From the NCBI GenBank assembly GCA_001275005.1, contig JWZX01003305.1, positions 1-57,856 on the forward strand: a stretch of DNA of 57,856 bases. The letters run 5' to 3'. Every line of letters begins with the position of its first letter. The stretch's first letter is position 1. A program made the position numbers and the translations under genes. Shown here in pieces: positions 21,497 through 32,827 of the stretch. The DNA is from Chrysochromulina tobinii (taxonomy: Eukaryota). The notes under the pieces were generated by a model. The model was given only the letters and a program-made list of their open reading frames with translations. It was not told the DNA's origin and ran no database searches.

Positions 21497-22366
21497 AGCC
21501 GGTGTGCGCTCGCGCGCCGCCAACATGTCCCGGAACGCCGGTAGAGGCTCGCGCGTGCGCGCGGGGCCTCGGTGTCTCCCGGGCCTCAACTTGAGCAGCC
21601 TTCGCTTGGCGGCTGCAGGTGAATGCTTTGGTTTCTTCTATTTACTATTATATAATAATTTTATTAAATTTTTGAAACTTCACGAACTAGAGCGAACTTT
21701 GTAACTTACCAAGCTACCTACACATTGGCAGGACCCCCTGAATTGCGGTGGGGGAATTTGAAGGGGATGTCGGCGTGGGAGTAGGGCGGCATGCAACATC
21801 GGAACATGGAAATTAGAATGGTGACACGACGGGACCCGGGCATGGAAACCTGCTTGTGCTCCTCGTTGCTTGTGTTCCCCGTTGCTTGTCGTGTGCTCAA
21901 AGCTCGTCATCGGTCCTTACTGACGGGGCTTGAACCTCTCCGGTCTCTTGTTGTCTGTTTCATACCGTCGTTCACAGTTCTCGCCTCGACTTGGAACCGT
22001 CTCTGACGCTTTTGGCTTTTCATGGACGTGTTGTCTCGCGCGCTCTCAAGGCGGCCGCCGTGTACACTCTGTTCGTTCTCGTCCTCCGGCCCGTGACGCT
22101 CCCCGGGCCTTTGGCGTTGTGGCCCACTCCGTCCTCCAGCCACCACCATAGCCGGATTCCTTCTTTAACGCCCTCCATCGCCGTGAAGTAATGTGTAATG
22201 AGTAATGTGAACCCCGATTTTCGAAAAGGTCTAATACGTGCTGAACGTTAACGCGATATGAGATGCAGAGCATGCGCGTGCGCGTGCTTGCGGCGTGTGC
22301 TCTTGATGATGTTTTCTTGTATTCACAATTCAACGGGTCGTTCACACTTTCGCCTCTAAATCGTAA

Positions 22367-23224
22367 ATGTCGACGATCGACGCCGCAGACCGCAAGCTCC
22401 TTTCCATCGCCGCGGGCTACGTGTCCTTCGCCGGCACGGTCGCTTGTTCGCAAGCTGTGCAGCTCGCGCTCGGTATCGATACGGGGACGATGACTATGGG
22501 CCTGCGCTTGATGCCTAACGCTTTTGGTGCTGCCACCGTCGCGCTGGGAAGCTTTGCGGCTCTCCTGGCTTCCAATCGGGCATTGGGCGAGCGGGGCATT
22601 GGCCCTCTGCACCAAGGCGTGAACACTGCCACTGTCATAACGTCGGCTCTCATGGGTGGTACATTATTTGTGGCACTCGGAGGCCGCTTCTGGGCCTTGT
22701 CACCATCCAGTCTGTCCTCGGTTGGAGCATTCTCACGGACTGCGCGTGGTTCGCTTCCCGCGACGCTGTCTTATGCGGACGCATCGCAGCGTGCCATCGT
22801 CCAGCAGTTCGGCCGACGCTTTGGCTGCCACACTTGCGGCGCGCGCTTTCCGGTGCGCTTCAATGCTGACCACATACCACCCCTTTCCGAGGTGCGCGCT
22901 CTGAACGCATCGCCCTGGCGACGGCTCCTGAACCGCCCGGTCAAGCAGCGCTTTTACCCGCAATGCGTCTCGTGCTCGAGCAAGCAGGCCACGCTCCTCG
23001 CTGAGACCGCTCGCCAGCCCGCCGGGAGCTCCGGACGGGCTGTCCGTGCCGTGCTCCATGTGCCCAGCCCACTGCGCCCGTGGTATGCAGTCGGTGGCAT
23101 CCTAGCTGCACTCGACCAGCACGCCCCCGGCGGATTTGTCCTCATCCACGAGGCGTGCCGGAAGTGGATTCGCAGGGGAGCGGCAACACGAGCCGTACAT
23201 CAAGAAGGCGATGGGAACCGATGA
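22367..23224 (+). CDS. Membrane protein with a C-terminal Zn-binding HNH-type nuclease-like domain
   Basis: Three hydrophobic N-terminal segments, then GCHTCG...ADHIPP...QRFYPQCVSCSSKQ. Confidence 0.7.
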   Translation: MSTIDAADRKLLSIAAGYVSFAGTVACSQAVQLALGIDTGTMTMGLRLMPNAFGAATVALGSFAALLASNRALGERGIGPLHQGVNTATVITSALMGGTLFVALGGRFWALSPSSLSSVGAFSRTARGSLPATLSYADASQRAIVQQFGRRFGCHTCGARFPVRFNADHIPPLSEVRALNASPWRRLLNRPVKQRFYPQCVSCSSKQATLLAETARQPAGSSGRAVRAVLHVPSPLRPWYAVGGILAALDQHAPGGFVLIHEACRKWIRRGAATRAVHQEGDGNR

Positions 23225-24017
23225 CAACGGCGCCGCGACCTCTGCCTGGGGCTGGGCCCTTCCCCTTGGCCGTGCTCTACCAGTTGCTCAGACTGACTCG
23301 CGGGCACGGTCTAGGCTCTAGCGTGCGGTGATGTATTTGGTTGTCTCATGTCTCATGTCGTGTTCAGTGAGTTCACATCTGAGACACACGACACGATTGG
23401 TAAACGTACGTATCGACCATAAGTAAAGTCGCGCACAATCGCGCACAACACGCGCAAGGCGGAGCACCACCTCCGCGGGTGCCGCGGGGGCCGGTCGGGC
23501 GGCGACGGCGGACGGGCCCGGCCGCGGGCGGGGTCGCCGCGGCCGGGCCCCGCGACCGGCAACCGTTCAACTGCCGAGATCGCAGCCGACCGGAGTGGGG
23601 CGTGCGAACGCGCCAAACATTACGCAACTCCGGCTAGTACGACGTAAGGCGGGCTGCGCCATCCTCGGATAAGTGCTATCTAGGCATCTACATAGAAGCA
23701 TTCCGTCATGGAATCACCCACATCGAGCCGGGGCGACATGCTTGGTCTCATGGTGAAGTAAGTTGTAGACGAGGAACGGTCGGCCCTCCGTGAGGCGGCT
23801 AGGTGGCTACTAGCCAAGCGCGTGAGTCCCCCCCGGGGCAGTGACCTATTCGAGACTCGAGACGTGCGACATGGGGTGCGGCATGGGGTGCGACATGGGA
23901 TGCGCGTGGGCACTGATGGCGATGCTTCTGGCCAGGTCATTCGTTCTTCTTGACATAGGGATCACGGATCGCCGCTCTCGCTAGAAGGAATCGTGAAGAG
24001 AGCGTGAGCGAGTTTCA

Positions 24018-25202
24018 CTATTCCTTGGTAGCCTGCCACTTCACGTAGATGCGTCGCAGCTCCTCGACAGCCAAGAACATCGCGACGGTATGCCTGCGAG
24101 CAGCGCGAGTGAAGGAGGGCGTGAGAGTGACCGGATCGGCGCACACAGACATGCATTCACAGGGACTCAAGCATGCATTCACAGGGACTCGTCGGGAGCG
24201 CCGACAGCGCGCGCGCAGGCGCGGCGGGCGCACCCTCCGCAGCGCCCATAATAGGGCAATCAAGGGCAATCAAGTGATATCGATGGAGATCGATGGAGAT
24301 CGATGGAGATCGATGGAGATCGATGGAGATCGATGGAGATCGCACCCTCCGCAGCGCCCATAGTAGGGCCAGAAGCCGTTCCAGAGCGCGAGGACGCCCT
24401 CGGTCCGCGCGATCGTGGAGACGGTCTGCACCGTCGACTTGTACGGCAGCATGCCCGCGGCGTCTGCCTTCTGGAACGCCATCCTATTCTTCGCAGTCTC
24501 CAGCGGCATCGTAATCACCGAGTAGATGAGCCCAGCGGACATGGAGGAGCTGACCGTGTTGCTCAGGCCGTTGCCGAGGTAGGGCGCGTACAGCTGCTTG
24601 AATTGGTCGTACGTGGCGACCTGCGTGCCGCCGACCACCATCGCACGCGTCACGAACGGCTGTGAGCCTCTGTAAAAGGCGCTGAAGCCGTCCTCGCGCG
24701 CAATGCGGACGATGGCGTCGAAGACCGAGCTGTACCCGCGGCGCTGTTGCACCGGTAGCGCCGCATCATTCGACATGCGCACGAGGCACACCTCGATCGG
24801 GCACGAAATGATCGCTGCGCAGCCGCCGGCCACAGAAGCAGTGACGAAGCGCTGCGCAAAGTCCGTCTTGCGATACTTGGCGAGAATGTCGCGGAAGGTC
24901 TCGAAGAGGCCGTAGCGCGAGGTCGCATAAAAGACCTGGCGCAAGCAGCCGGCGCCGAGGCCCGCGTACAGGCTGCCGAAGCCTTCTTGCTTGATGATAC
25001 CACTCGCGAAACCCAAGGTGGATTTTGGAGGTGCTTGCGACATTGCCGCGAGGTTCATTCTGATGGCTAACGTGTTGAACGGATGGATAAAAATCCAGCC
25101 GATGACGCCGCCGAGGCCGGAGGTGCCGAAGACGACCGATCCCGGGAGCGGCGGCGGAGCGGACGCGGGCAACATCGACTGACGACGCCTGAACTCTGCC
25201 AT
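24018..25202 (-). CDS. Mitochondrial 2-oxoglutarate/malate (dicarboxylate) carrier; exons 25202-24346 and 24093-24018
   Basis: Three PxxxxxxR carrier repeats; LRQVFYATSRYG; RAMVV; QVATYDQFKQ; the spliced C-terminus reads YYGRCGGHTVAMF. Confidence 0.9.
24281..24340. repeat. Intronic (CGATGGAGAT)x6 array between 29-nt direct repeats
   Basis: Direct repeats at 24229-24257 and 24341-24369 (1 mismatch) span the exon end and the donor site. Confidence 0.9.
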
Positions 25203-25675
25203 TGATGAGATCTCTTTTTCAGTACCCCTACGTAGTCACGATGATACTTGTACATGTATCGAGACTCGTACAATTGTACGGTAACTGTGTCCCGGCTCCC
25301 CCGGTGTCTTTTTACCGGTGACTGTGACCCACGAAGGCTCGTCAGAAAGTCGCGGGATTCGGGCGCGAAAAACGCAAGCACGCGACGCGTGGCGCGCGCT
25401 CCGTCGCATCTTCTAGACAACGGCACGAATCGGCACGTGTTCGCTCTTAGGTGCCCAGGCAAGCGAGCGCGCCACTCCCGAGCGCGCAGCACACTGGCGA
25501 GCTCAGCGCCGGCGCGCGCGCGCGCGCAGGGGACGGGCGTGTGCACAGTCACATCCGCACGCTCTCCATTGCCGCCGCCCCCGCGCGTCACCTTCTCGCT
25601 CCGCTCACGATACCCTGTGTCCGCGCGCGTTTGTGCGAGCAGACTTTCAACTCACAACCGAGACCACAATTGATC

Positions 25676-27902
25676 ATGGCTGCGGAAGTGGAGACGTTCG
25701 CCTTCCAGGCTGAGATCAACCAGCTCATGTCGCTCATCATCAACACCTTCTACTCCAACAAGGAGATCTTCCTCCGCGAGCTGATCTCCAACTCGTCGGA
25801 CGCTCTCGACAAGGTTCGCCACCAGTCGCTCACCGACAAGTCGGTGCTCGACGCCAACCCGGAGCTGTACATCCGCCTCGTGCCGGACAAGTCGAACAAC
25901 ACGCTCACCATCATCGACTCGGGCATCGGCATGACCAAGGCCGAGATGATCACCAACCTCGGCACGATCGCCCAGTCCGGCACCAAGGCCTTCATGGAGG
26001 CCATGTCGGCGGGCGCCGACATCAACATGATTGGCCAGTTCGGCGTCGGCTTCTACTCGTCGTACCTCGTCTCCGACAAGGTCATCGTCACCTCGAAGCA
26101 CAACGACGACGAGCAGTACATTTGGGAGTCGTCCGCTGGCGGCTCGTTCACCGTGCGCAAGGACGCCGAGGGCGAGTCCCTCGGGCGCGGCACCAAGATC
26201 ACGTGCTACCTCAAGGAGGACCAGCTCGAGTACCTCGAGGAGCGCCGCCTCAAGGACCTCGTCAAGAAGCACTCGGAGTTCATCAACTACCCGATCTCCC
26301 TCTGGACCGAGAAGACGTAAGGAGATTGCCTGCTGATTGCCTGCTGATTGCCTGCCTCATCATGGTGAGCGTCGTCCTCGAAGCATGCAAGCGCTCACCA
26401 CAGCGCCATACTCTCCTCACAGGGTCGACAAGGAGGTGGATGACGACGACGACGACGACGATGAGAAGAAGGGCGACGACGGCGATGAGCCCAAGATTGA
26501 GGAGGTTGAGGAGGAGGAGGAGAAGTCGAAGAAGGACAAGAAGAAGAAGAAGGTGAAGGAGGTCACGCACGAGTGGGACCTGATGAACAAGCAGAAGCCC
26601 ATCTGGACGCGGAAGCCCGAGGAGGTGACCAAGGAGGAGTACGGTGCCTTCTACAAGGCTCTCTCCAACGATTGGGAGGAGCACCTCGCGGTCAAGCACT
26701 TCTCGGTCGAGGGCCAGCTGGAGTTCACCTCGATCCTTTTCGTGCCCAAGCGCGCGCCCTTTGACCTCTTTGAGCCCAAGAAGAAGAACTCGGGCCACAT
26801 CAAGCTGTACGTGCGCCGCGTCTTCATCATGGACAACTGCGAGGACCTGATCCCCGAGTGGCTCACCTTTGTCAAGGGTGTGGTCGACTCGGAGGACTTG
26901 CCGCTGAACATCTCTCGCGAGACGCTGCAGCAGAACAAGATCCTCAAGGTCATCAAGAAGAACATCGTCAAGAAGTGCATTGAGCTTTTCGGCGAGATCC
27001 AGGAGAACGCTGAGGACTTCAAAAAGTTCTATGAGCAGTTTGGCAAGAACGTCAAGCTTGGCATCCACGAGGACAGCGGCAACCGCGCGAAGCTGTCGGA
27101 GCTGCTCATGTACTTCTCGACCAAGAGCGGCGACGAGCAGACCTCCCTCAAGGACTACATCTCGCGCATGCCGGAGTCCCAGAAGGACATTTACTACATT
27201 ACGGGTGAGACGAAGAAATCCGTCGAGACCTCGCCCTTCATCGAGAAGTGCAAGAAGCGCAACTACGAGGTCCTCTTCATGGTGGATCCGATTGATGAGT
27301 ACTGCGTGCAGCAGCTCAAGGAGTACGATGGCAAGAAGCTCGTCTCCGTCACCAAGGAGGGCCTTAAGTTCGAGGAGTCCGAGGAGGACAAGAAGGCGTG
27401 GCAGGAGCTGACGGCCGACTTCGAGCCGCTCGCCAAGCTGATGAAGGAGATCCTTGGCGATAAGGTGGAGAAGGTCGTCATGTCCGAGCGCATGACCGAG
27501 TCGCCGTGCGTGCTCGTCACCGGCGAGTACGGCTGGACCGCCAACATGGAGCGCATCATGCGCGCCCAGGCGCTCCGCGACAACTCGATGTCGTCGTACA
27601 TGGCGTCGAAGAAGACGATGGAGATCAACCCGAAGCACTCGATCATGAAGGAGCTCAAGGCCAAGGCCGCCGCCGACAAGGGCGACAAGACGGTCAAGGA
27701 CCTCGTGCACCTGCTCTTCGAGACCTCGCTCCTCACCTCGGGCTTTTCCCTTGATGAGCCCGCCACCTTCGCCGGCCGCATCCACCGCATGATCAAGCTC
27801 GGCCTCTCGATTGAGGACGACGACGAGGTCGACGACGTCGAGGAGCTGCCGCCTCTCGAGGAGGATGCTGACGAGGGCTCCAAGATGGAGGAGGTCGATT
27901 AA
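25676..27902 (+). CDS. HSP90: Cytosolic heat shock protein 90; exons 25676-26316 and 26423-27902
   Basis: [45 protein letters not shown]-terminal MEEVD; GT-AG intron 26317-26422. Confidence 0.98.
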
Positions 27903-28190
27903 GCGCCGGTCGCCTCCTCGCCTCCCGGGGCGCGCCAAGGCCGCATCCTCGCGCTGTCTTTGCCGCCCCCCTTTGTTGTGGTCACGCGTGGTGCCCGACG
28001 GCCGCCTGGCCTGGGGTCTGGTCTCTTGCGCACGCTTTCGATTAGTTGTGGTGCGTCACACTCATCTCTCGACACTGCCCGCCGCCGCTGTTGGGTTCGC
28101 CGGTCGCGCGTAGTCTCCGGGCGTAAGATGTTTCGTGCAAAAATCATTCCACACCGCAGTCACGGGATACACTGCTGCATTGTACTCATT

Positions 28191-29153
28191 TCAAGCAGAA
28201 ATTTCCCCCAACGGCTCTCTCATGCTCTCGCTCTTGAGCCACCCATCGACCGCATGCACGACCTCGCGCTCCTCCTCCTGGGCGTGCTGCTCCTGCTCCT
28301 TGGCACGGCGCGCCGCCTCGAGCTGGCTGAGCGAGACGCCGCAGCCCGCGAGCTCGACGCGCAGGGCCTCTACTTGCTTCTTAAGCGCCTGCTCGCGCTC
28401 CTTGAGCGCCTTGATCTGCTCTCTGCACTGGGCGTTCGCCTTGGCCTCCGCCTTGGCCTTGGCGAGGTACGCGTGCGCATCGATGCTCGAGACCTCGCTC
28501 TCGTCCTCGATGATGGCCACATCGCCCTCGAAGCGCACCGTGCCGTAGCCGCGCAGGTGGTGGTTCGCAATCTGGCAGCCGCAGGCCAAGCCCTCAACGA
28601 CCTCGGGAGGCTGACCTTCATATGTGCTGAAGCCGGTGACGCTCATAAAGTTGACGTGTCGGGCCTCTCGGCATCCAGACCCGTTGCACGTGTGCACGAT
28701 CCAGGCAAGATCGGGCTTGTCGCGCGCACGGAGCGGCGGCGGGATGAAGTGCACAAAGAGAGCCGACTCGGGTACGACCACAGGCTGCTCCGCGGAACCA
28801 GTGGCCATCGCTAGCAGCGGAGCCTCGCTCGCGGCGCCCCGCTCCGTGGCCGGCGCTGGCCGTCTGCGTTGCACCTTGTGTGGCGTGCGCCGCTCGCTGC
28901 TATGGCTGCCGTCGCTGCTGCTGCCGCTGCTGGTATTACTGTCCGCGGGCATTCTATAAGTGGAGGCCTTGAGAGCTGCGTGCACTGCCGCCGCGGCAGC
29001 GGCCGCCGCGGTGGCTGCCTTTGCCTGCTGTTCGTTTCGGCGCTTGGAAATAACAGCCTCTCGAGCCTGCTGCGCAGCCTCGACCTGTGACTGCTTGCGC
29101 TGTTTCTCGGCCAAAACCAACGCAGCCAGCCTCTCTTGCGTCGTGGACGGCAT
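28191..29153 (-). CDS. Uncharacterised protein with a Cys/His-containing globular domain and coiled coils
   Basis: Open frame from ATG 29153; domain LFVHFIPP...WIVHTC..GCREARHV...CGCQIANHHLRGYG. Confidence 0.65.
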   Translation of the reverse strand: MPSTTQERLAALVLAEKQRKQSQVEAAQQAREAVISKRRNEQQAKAATAAAAAAAAVHAALKASTYRMPADSNTSSGSSSDGSHSSERRTPHKVQRRRPAPATERGAASEAPLLAMATGSAEQPVVVPESALFVHFIPPPLRARDKPDLAWIVHTCNGSGCREARHVNFMSVTGFSTYEGQPPEVVEGLACGCQIANHHLRGYGTVRFEGDVAIIEDESEVSSIDAHAYLAKAKAEAKANAQCREQIKALKEREQALKKQVEALRVELAGCGVSLSQLEAARRAKEQEQHAQEEEREVVHAVDGWLKSESMREPLGEISA

Positions 29154-29197
29154 TTCGGAGGCAGTGCCTGAGACGGCGCTCCGGAACGTTTTTCGCA

Positions 29198-30372
29198 TTA
29201 CAAAAAGACATGGCTCAGGGCAGCCTCGCTCGCCATCGGGGCGAGCGTCGCCGACGTGAGGAAGTAGACGCCGATACCGCCGGCGATGGAAATGGGCAGT
29301 GCGGGCAGTACCTTCTGCAGGATGGGGAGCAGCGCGAGCGTGGCGCAAAGGCCGGCGATGATGGCCACCGCGCATGCGAGCAGTGCAGCCGAGCTGTGCA
29401 TCGAGGCGCGGCCTACCAGCACGCTGTAGAAGACGAAGTCGCCAAGGCCAAGCTTGATGTCGTTTCCCTGCGATGCGGGTCCACGGCGCGGCCTCAGCTC
29501 CGACACACATGTCAAGGGCACTCGAATGCTCTCGAGGGCAATCAATGGCAATCCGTGGAAATCAAGGGTGCAAGGACCTGGTAGACGAGGCCTGGGATCG
29601 GGTCGCCGCGCCGCTCGGCCTCCTCCACAAGCATCTTGAGCGGACCGCGCGGCGCGAGGACCGCGTACAGATCCCACAGCGCGACCGCCCCGAGAAGGCC
29701 CCAGGTCGACCACTCGGGCAGCCGTGTGGCCGACCAGGCGAGCAGCGCCGAGATGATGATGAGGTAGGCTTGCTGCAGCTGGAGGGGCGGCGTCGGCCCG
29801 CAGCCGTACTCGGTCCAGAAGACGAGCAGAGTGCCGACGGCCGCGAAGTTGTACATGCACACGAAGAAGGTCGGGCTGTCCATCGGTACGTCATGCATGA
29901 AGAGCAACTCTCGTAGCACGTAGCCGCCAAAGATGAAGAGCAGCGTGGAGACGGAGAAGAAGAGCCATGCGTAGATAATCCGGTAGCAGTGGCACTTGTA
30001 CAGCAGCAGCAGCCCGCTCGTCACGAGGAAGAGCGTGAACACGACGACGAGCGCATTGAGGACGACGCCTCCCAGGATCGTACCCGGCGAGTCGGTCGCG
30101 CTCTCCTGATAGACCATGAGCTCGCTGAAGCCGCCAGCGATCCCTTGCGACGCAGCGCTCATCTCATGCACCAGGAAGACGACGAGTGCCATCGTGATCG
30201 AGACGGGCTTGAGCAGCGAGAGGACCTGCGCTCCCGGGTCGCCAAATTCTTCCACCTCGGTCGGACGCTGTTTGTACGGGTCGGGCGGCTGGCTGGCCGC
30301 CTCGGCCGTTGCGTCAGCAGTCATCTCGCTGCTGTTGCTGCCGCTCGATTCAGTCGGTTCAGGTGGAGCCAT
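29198..30372 (-). CDS. PSEN: Presenilin (gamma-secretase catalytic subunit); exons 30372-29578 and 29467-29198
   Basis: LPEWSTW; WDLYAVLAPRGPL (catalytic Asp 1); KLGLGDFVFYS (GxGD); LPALPISI (PAL motif). Confidence 0.95.
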
Positions 30373-30561
30373 CAGATTTCGGGCTTACTTCCCCCTCAGC
30401 ATGCACACAGCACGCTTATGGCAACTCCATTTCACACCACCAAACAGTCCACTTTGTTTCGACGACGTTGGTTCGCAAGGTCGTGAAGAATGCCCTATAC
30501 ATGTTCAGGACAGTTCCGGTAAAAAGACACTGAGGGGGGAATCGAGCTCCGTTTACCCACG

Positions 30562-31329
30562 ATGTTGAGGTTGTTCCCGCTCGTGGTCGGAGCTCTTGCG
30601 CTCTCGCGTGGACCTGCACCGCGTGCTGCGGTCCACCTTTCGGATCTACAGACGGTTAAGGATGCCAAAGCACGCCTCGTGAAAGGGTTGCTCTACAATA
30701 AGCGGATCACGGATGAAGGACTGGCACTCATCGAAGAGCTCGCTGTTCGGGCCCCCCCAATAATAGCCGGCAGCTGGTGGACTGGACGATTTGTGATGAG
30801 CTCGAGCTATCTGGTAGCGGATGCACTGAAAGGACTTGGAATGTGGAGATTGCTTGACGGCGCACCCGTGTCTGTGGCCGTGATGGGTGAGCGCGTCGAG
30901 CTCGAGACGGATCTTCTGGTTCTTGGTTGTGGCACGGGCTTACGCGTGCGAGGCTCACTTCAGCTCCAATCTCTTGTAGATGGGACGGATGCAGTGCGGG
31001 TCACATTGGATGGCTCTGATTTCTTCGAGCCCACAGAGGAGGTGAAGGAACCACTCTTCCAATGTCGTGCTCTGTGCCTTGACCTCGCCTTGACCTCGCC
31101 CAGTGCTCGAGCGCTGCGCTCGTCTCCCGGTTCGCAGTTTGGAATTGCCAAGGCTCTCGTCAAGTGCGAAGCAGAGCTACTCCCAAAGTTGCCAAGCAAG
31201 GACGCGCCGTTCACGATGCTGCTGCGGCCAACCTTTGTCGACGAGGCAATCCTCTTGCTACGAGAGACCGAGATTGAGCCGAAGGAGCGAGAGACGCCGC
31301 TCACGCTCGTGCTTTCGCGCGAGCCTTGA
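30562..31329 (+). CDS. Signal-peptide protein, possibly plastid PAP/fibrillin-like; probable in-frame intron 31042-31137
   Basis: MLRLFPLVVGALAL leader; KARLVKGL...LIEEL; GSWWTGRF; TFVDEAILLLR. Confidence 0.5.
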   Translation: MLRLFPLVVGALALSRGPAPRAAVHLSDLQTVKDAKARLVKGLLYNKRITDEGLALIEELAVRAPPIIAGSWWTGRFVMSSSYLVADALKGLGMWRLLDGAPVSVAVMGERVELETDLLVLGCGTGLRVRGSLQLQSLVDGTDAVRVTLDGSDFFEPTEEVKEPLFQCRALCLDLALTSPSARALRSSPGSQFGIAKALVKCEAELLPKLPSKDAPFTMLLRPTFVDEAILLLRETEIEPKERETPLTLVLSREP

Positions 31330-31477
31330 CTCGCAGAAATAAGTCGCGCACCCAGATGTGAACGCTGCTTTGCGCATGTGGCATTGTTCGAATGGGAACG
31401 CAGCGTAGTTGACTCTAAAGGCGAGTATTAACAGCCAAGTTCACACTCAGCTTGGGCCCTTCGCCTTGGCTGGAAGG

Positions 31478-32760
31478 ATGGGCTTCTTCGGCGCCAAGCC
31501 GGACAAGGAGCCTGACTTCAATCCACCGCTCGCCGGCAAGCCGTACGAGCTGATCTCCTTACTTGGAGGCCCGCTCGGCGACATAGCTCACGATCAGCAG
31601 GCGCTGGCCCGCGCGACAGCACTTGCGAACGGCCCCGAAGCGGCCACGTTTGGCTACCTGCTGCTGGATGTCAAAGGCTGCCTTGGCCGCTTTTGGAAGC
31701 AGGTGTACGCGGTCATCGTCAAGGGCGCCGTGTACATCTTCGAGTCTCCCACGGCGGAGCGCACGCTGCGTTTGCTTGCCGCCAGCGACTGCGAATGCGA
31801 GGTGGGTGAGCGTGAAGAATGCAAGGCCGGAGTGTACTGCTTCCGGTTGAAGCACGCGGATGGTTCTGCAGCGTTTTGCGCCTTCAACTCGAAGGCGATG
31901 CTGCTTTGGTTGCAGGCGCTTCAAACGGGGGGCGTCAAGTACGAAGACCCACCCGTCGACGTCGGCAACACGCAGTCTCTCTTCGAGCTGCGCGCGACGC
32001 TGCTTACGGGTGAGGAGATCGACTTGGACCGATACCAAGGGTGCGTGTGTCTGGTGGTGAACGCGGCCTCTAAATGAGGCCTGACCCCTCGCAACTACAA
32101 GGAGCTCGTGACCCTTCACGAGACCTTGTACGCGCGAGGGCTCCGCATCTTGTGCTTCCCATGCAACCAGTTTGGGAGTGCGCGGCTGCCCGCACACACA
32201 GCTGCCTGGCCGTCTCGTGACCGCACACACGCTCCTCGACCTCCTCTCTTGTGTGCCTGGCAACTCCCTCCACATCGCCTGTCTGTCCATTCGTGTGACC
32301 GGGGTGCGATCGTCGCCACGGTACGTTCACAGAGCAAGAGCCCGGCACAGCGGCAGAGATTCGCACCTTTGTCGACGGTTACGGCGTCGACTTCGACATG
32401 TTCGCCAAGGTGGAGGTCAACGGCCCACGCGCGCACAATGTCTTCCGCTTCGTGCGCGCCGCGCTCCCGGATATCCTCGGTAGCTCGATCAAGTGGAATT
32501 GGACCAAGTTCGTTTGCGATCGCGACGGGCGTCCAGTGAAGCGCTTCGCGCCGCCGACGAGCCCGCTCGCCCTGCTGCCTACGATTGAGGCGCTCCTCGA
32601 GGCGCGAGAGCCCTCAGGCGGCATGCTGCCGACCCCACGCGCGATCGTGGGCGCCAGCGAGGCGGCCACGTCCTCAATGCCTCTCTCGACGACGGCTGTG
32701 GAAGCGCCCGTGGAGGCTCCCTCGCTCCCGCCCCCGCCCCCGCCCGCCGAGCCCATCTGA
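31478..32760 (+). CDS. PH-domain + glutathione peroxidase selenoprotein (Sec UGA at 32075-32077); exons 31478-32177 and 32333-32760
   Basis: PH: FGYLLL...FWKQVYAVI...YCFRL...MLLWLQAL. GPx: LVVNAASK-UGA-GLTPRNY, ILCFPCNQFGKQEP, MFAKVEVNG, IKWNWTKFVCDRDGRPVKRF. Confidence 0.9.
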
Positions 32761-32827
32761 GGCACGGGCTAGGGGATGGAAGAACGCACGGCACTCCGCT
32801 GCCCACGTGAGCCACGAGCCCAAGAAC

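Noticed and set aside
21700..22300. Small ORFs between the Tubby and HNH genes
   Set aside because: Short, inconsistent frames with no motifs.
23708..23953. Short + strand frame MESPTSS...MVK*VVDEERSALREAARWLLAK with (CATGGGGTGCG)n
   Set aside because: Interrupted by TAA, short and without a recognisable domain; it cannot be supported as a gene or pseudogene.
26283..27938. Long antisense ORFs opposite HSP90, the pLGIC and the Ala-rich genes
   Set aside because: Expected shadows of GC3-rich codon usage; no recognisable motifs.
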